DNA of 64,000 nucleotides, taken from the human T2T-CHM13v2.0 reference genome, Homo sapiens. This document shows, piece by piece, positions 59,412-64,000 of the stretch. Numbering within the stretch: the first letter of the stretch is position 1; every line of letters begins with the position of its first letter. Position numbers and translations under genes: made by a program. The notes below the pieces were generated by a model. The model searched no databases and was not told the DNA's origin. It worked only from the letters and a program-made list of their open reading frames with translations. The DNA lies in the NCBI RefSeq assembly GCF_009914755.1, contig NC_060934.1. One strand, given 5' to 3'.

Positions 59412-62400
59412 TGAAGGGACAGGGGTCTGAGCATGGGGGTGGGGGTTGCAGCCCACCAAGCTAGAGTTGAGGGCACTCCTTGCTGTGGACTGGGGTGGTC
59501 AGCGGAGACTTCCAGGAGAAAGCCTGGGTGGGGCAGGGACACCCAGGAACCAAGGGAAGAGGGGTGAGGGGAACAGTGTGGAACACCCTCACATCCAGCC
59601 TGTGGGGGGGTCCACACAGGGCGGAGAAGAGATGGTCTGAGCTGGTGCCCCAGACACAAAGCAACCTTGGGCCAAGCCCCGGCCCCTGCCCGTGGGCCTC
59701 CTGCTCCCTCCACCTCTGGATCCTAAGGTGTTGGTTTAAGACGAAGGGCTACAGGGGGTGGGGGCGACGATTTCAGTCTTTGAACATCTTATAACAAAGT
59801 TTTCCACCACTAGATGGACTGCTGGTCACGCCAGCCTGGCTCCTGCATGACAGGGTCTAGGGATAGTGAGGTCAGACCCACCCAAAAGCTGGGTGGGTGG
59901 GGCCAGATGGGGGGACTGGAAGCCAGATAAGGAGTGACAGGAGCCATTGGAAGTGGGGGATATGGGAGTGGAGTCCGCCCGTGCACCCCTGCCACTGGGC
60001 CGCCCCATGCCGGCCCTCAGGCCCTTCCCTGGGAACCAGGACTAGTGGCTGGCTTTGTGGGGAGATGGCCACTTCCTGCTGCTGCCTGGCTCTCAGCCCC
60101 CAAGTCCAGCCCATGCCCCCTTGGGGCCCTCCTCCTTATGGTCCCCAGCACAGCTGTGCTGGCACCCCCACTGCAAGCAGCTGCCCTCTAATGCCAGCCT
60201 CATAGGGACAGGAGGGGCCGGAGCACCCAGCTCCACAATTGCCAGCCCACAGACTTCCTCTCCTCTCCCTGGAGCCACAGATGTACCCCGTATCCCATGT
60301 ACCCGGAGCCACAGATGGGCAAACCGAGCCTGGGAGGGGGGAGCCACACTTCCCACCCCTCTACATCTGCAGGCACTTTTGGGGCAGATTCAGCGTGTGC
60401 ATTGACAACCCAGGCAACTCCCGGAGTTTAGGAAGCAGGAGTCCTGGGAGTTGATTAAAAGTCGCAATGCTTCTGCTCAGGAAGACCTGAGATCTGCGCC
60501 GCAAGCGGCCCCAGGAGGGTCTGGCTCGGCTCCTCACCCCAGAGGCCCCTCTCCTGCAGCCAGACACCTCTGCTTGGCCCCTTCCTGTCACCAACCTCAT
60601 CCTCACATCACAGAGCTGTGGGAAGAAGTCCTGTGTGTACAGCAGACCCACACTCTAACCCCACAGCTGTTGGCCCGCCATGCAGCTGGGGCCTCAGAGA
60701 AAGCCACATGGTCATCGCAGCCAGGGCTAGGGTGGGGGGACCGGAGGAGCAGTGCAGCACTGGTCGGGTAAATGGAAATGTGGGTGTGAGCCATACTTGG
60801 CTGTCTCATTGGGAGATATCTGTCAGGTGCGACAAAACGAGACAAGGGAAAGAAGAAGGGGTCAGACAGCCGTGGGCAGAGCATCACCAAATGTCCCAGG
60901 TCAGGGCCAGGCAATCAGAGAAGCAGGTCTTGAGAGATCTCAGCAGGGATATGGGACGTACTAAGAGGATGACGAGGCGGAGAGGGCCCCAGTCCCACCC
61001 CCAGACCCCAGACACCCACCTTGGCCCCTGGCTTTGGAGCTGGGATCTCCTGCTGCAGCCTGGACCAGGGTGCTGCTGTCCCTCTGCTGCCCCCTGGTGG
61101 ACACTGAGAGAAAGCCTGCTGCTCCCGGAGGACCTGTCCCGTGGGTACAAAACCACTGTCCTCTGGAAGCCTCTGGCCTTGCTGCGGCTTCCCTTACAAA
61201 TGATCTTTGGTCTTGGGAGTCTAGTCTTAGGCCTCCTTCACGCCCTTGACTGCAGCATCTCCGGCATCTAGGCCTACCTTGTCCCCTCCAGCTGGTGGCA
61301 GCTCAGGACACTGCAGAGCCTGACTTGCCAGGAGACCTCGCAGGTCCTGGGTTCACAGGGCTATTTCTAGGCTCTGGTGGCTCCAGCCCTGCCTGCCTAA
61401 GAGGGTCCCTCCACAATCAGTGAGGAAGCCAGTCTCTGGCCCCCAGGTCTGTCCCCCATTCTACCTTAGCAGCCGCAGAACCCACTCCCCCCCTCTGGAG
61501 CCCAGAAATTCACACATCTCACCACTTTGTCTCCTGAGCCCAGTCCATGGGCCCAGACCTCAGCCTCCATCTTCCCCAAACCCCTGCTCAGTCCCAGCAC
61601 TGGGCCTTAGCCCCCCTCCAGCTCCCTCTTGCCTTTCAGCCGTCTTGGTCTCACTTGTCCTTCCAGCCCATCTGTACCCCTCCTCCAGGAAGCCCGCTCT
61701 GCCTGCCCCACCCATCCCAGCTCACACCTTCTCTTCCTCTCACTTCTCCTGGTGTCCACCTGATAGCATGATTGCAAACTCTTTACCTGACGATGTGGCT
61801 GCAAACTGTTGACTGGATGCCAGGGTTTCAAATGGCAGCATATAGGCGGGTGTTCAATCTGCACACGGTTTTTCAAAAGAAGTAAATGGTAGGTTCATTG
61901 CCAAGATTTAGAAATGAGGAGATTTCATGTAATAACCTGGATTTTCTGGCTTCTCTTGAAAAGCAGAAGCCCCAGGCCCTGGCTGCCGTCCCACCTGGCA
62001 GGAGCTGACACATAGCCTGGCCCGGCCCACCCAGCCCACCCCTCGCCTTTCTCATCCTCGTTTGTGCCACCTTCCTGGCCAGCTGCTGCAGCCCCTGCAG
62101 AAGGAGACTTGCCTCTGAGGGACTGCTTAGAACAGTGCAGCACCTGGGCCCAGCCCAACCCAGTGCCTTGAGCCTTTGTTGAACAGTGAAGCCCCCAGAG
62201 AGAGAAGCAGAGGCATGAGTGCCAGACCCTGAGCCGCCAGCCTGGTGGTCCGTGGGGGCGTTAAGGGGCAACACTGAGCGACTGAGTGCTCTGCTTTGTC
62301 CTTTCAAGGGTGGAACCTGGTGCTGGCCCTGATGCCACCTTCGATTCCTTTGTTTGGGGGGCAGCCCCCTCCAGACCCTGAGCCCCAATAAGCCAGTCTG

Positions 62401-63561
62401 GCTGCTCACTCTCCCCGGCGTCCCCAGCCGGTGCAGTGCCTGCCCCACAAGGACCAGCAGGAAGTGTACATGGGATGAATATGAGCAAAGCGCACAGGGC
62501 ATTGGGAAAAGACAAGGCTGGGCCCCTACCCCAAGCAGTCTGCTCCTCTGGATTTTAGCCTCAAAGCAGACACTTAGTAGACACCAACTGCGTACAGCTG
62601 CAGCGCTCGGTAAGGCAGAGGAGAAGAGAGAATCACGAGGCTGGGGCACTGGGAGTGCAGGTCAGGGGCCGGGGCCCTGTGGTCGTGTGGCTGGCCATGG
62701 CTAGTCAAGGCCCCCTGCGCAGGTCTAGCCCTCTGGCCTCATTCATAGCCTCATCCCGTCTCACCTGGGTGTCTGCTCCCAAAGACTCTTCCTCTCCTAG
62801 TAACCTTCCTGCCTCGTGGTTCTGATGAAGACACTCTCCTACCTCAACCATCCCTGGCTCCTTCTACCTCCAGATGAAAATCCCGCCACCTGACCTGGCC
62901 TTCAGGATCCTCTATCATCTCTCCCTGACCAGCCCCCTCCCCTTGACCCATCTCTGCACCCTCCTCCCGCTTTCTAAGTCAAACGTGTTTTGGGTGTTCC
63001 CCAGACTCACCCTGCACGTCCTGCCACTCTGCTTTGCTGGTGCAGTTCCCTCTACCTGTATACCCCTCCCCCTACCCACACCTTGAAAGCCTATTTGTCC
63101 TGCAAGACTCAACTTAAATACCTCTTCCCCGTGCAGCTCCCTGACCTCCAGCTGGCAGCCAGTCATGCCCCCTGCCCCCGGGGTGCCCGATCTGTATCAC
63201 CTTGATGCGTCCTCTGAGCATGATTAGCCCCCCATGAGTCTGAGCACTCCTAGAGGCCAAGTGCCTCGGTGGTGCCTTCTCTGTCAGGAAGGGGCTTGCA
63301 CCCAGGAGGTACAACTCTGCAAATTAGCTGAGTATGTGCACGAGACAGAGCTATTGATGCAGTCCTTGCCTTTTGTTGCTTACCCTACACAGAAGAGGTG
63401 ACAGTGACTCGACACCCATTAATGAGTGCCCACCATAACCCAGGAACGAGGTCTGTAATCCTGAGAGAAACAAGATTCCTGCTCTCCTGTCCCATCAGGC
63501 ATCTAGCCAGGCTGTGAGTGTGTGAGCACAGATGCACGCCAAGACTCAGAGGCAGCCCTGA

Positions 63562-63903
<342 letters not shown>

Positions 63904-64000
63904 TGAGCTGGTGCAGAGTGTGGGGCACATCGTGTCTTTGTGGGGACCAGAGTCCCCTCCCGGCCACTCCTCACCTAAGCTGCAGATGAACTTCACGCCA

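Noticed and set aside
61873-62649. 258-aa minus-strand ORF and neighbouring ORFs in intron 12
   Set aside because: Consistent with chance open frames in GC-rich intron; no motif or splice support.

Overview
This is human genomic DNA from inside GRK5 (G protein-coupled receptor kinase 5, + strand). The window begins in intron 3 and ends in intron 13. It holds ten coding exons (4-13), all with canonical AG/GT boundaries, which splice into one frame encoding about A88-D468: the distal RH domain, the kinase domain and the start of the AGC tail. Exon numbering, residue numbers and repeat subfamily names come from my recall of the reference, not from a search. Exon 9 carries CAT (His) where I recall Arg304, so this haplotype appears to have R304H. 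Introns contain about 20 Alus, a complete antisense THE1 MaLR, a THE1 solo LTR, MLT1/L1/L2/MIR/MER fossils, a ~740-bp TG/GGG repeat and a ~1.3-kb CAT/CAC minisatellite. Almost all listed ORFs are repeat-derived or chance. I found no demonstrable new biological system. The best leads are RNA-level hypotheses: a dense YCAY array in intron 6, an in-frame 399-nt exon 5-8 block bracketed by inverted Alus, and a possible RH-only isoform by intronic polyadenylation. There are also motif changes in the THE1 LTRs and a displaced copy of an Alu junction.
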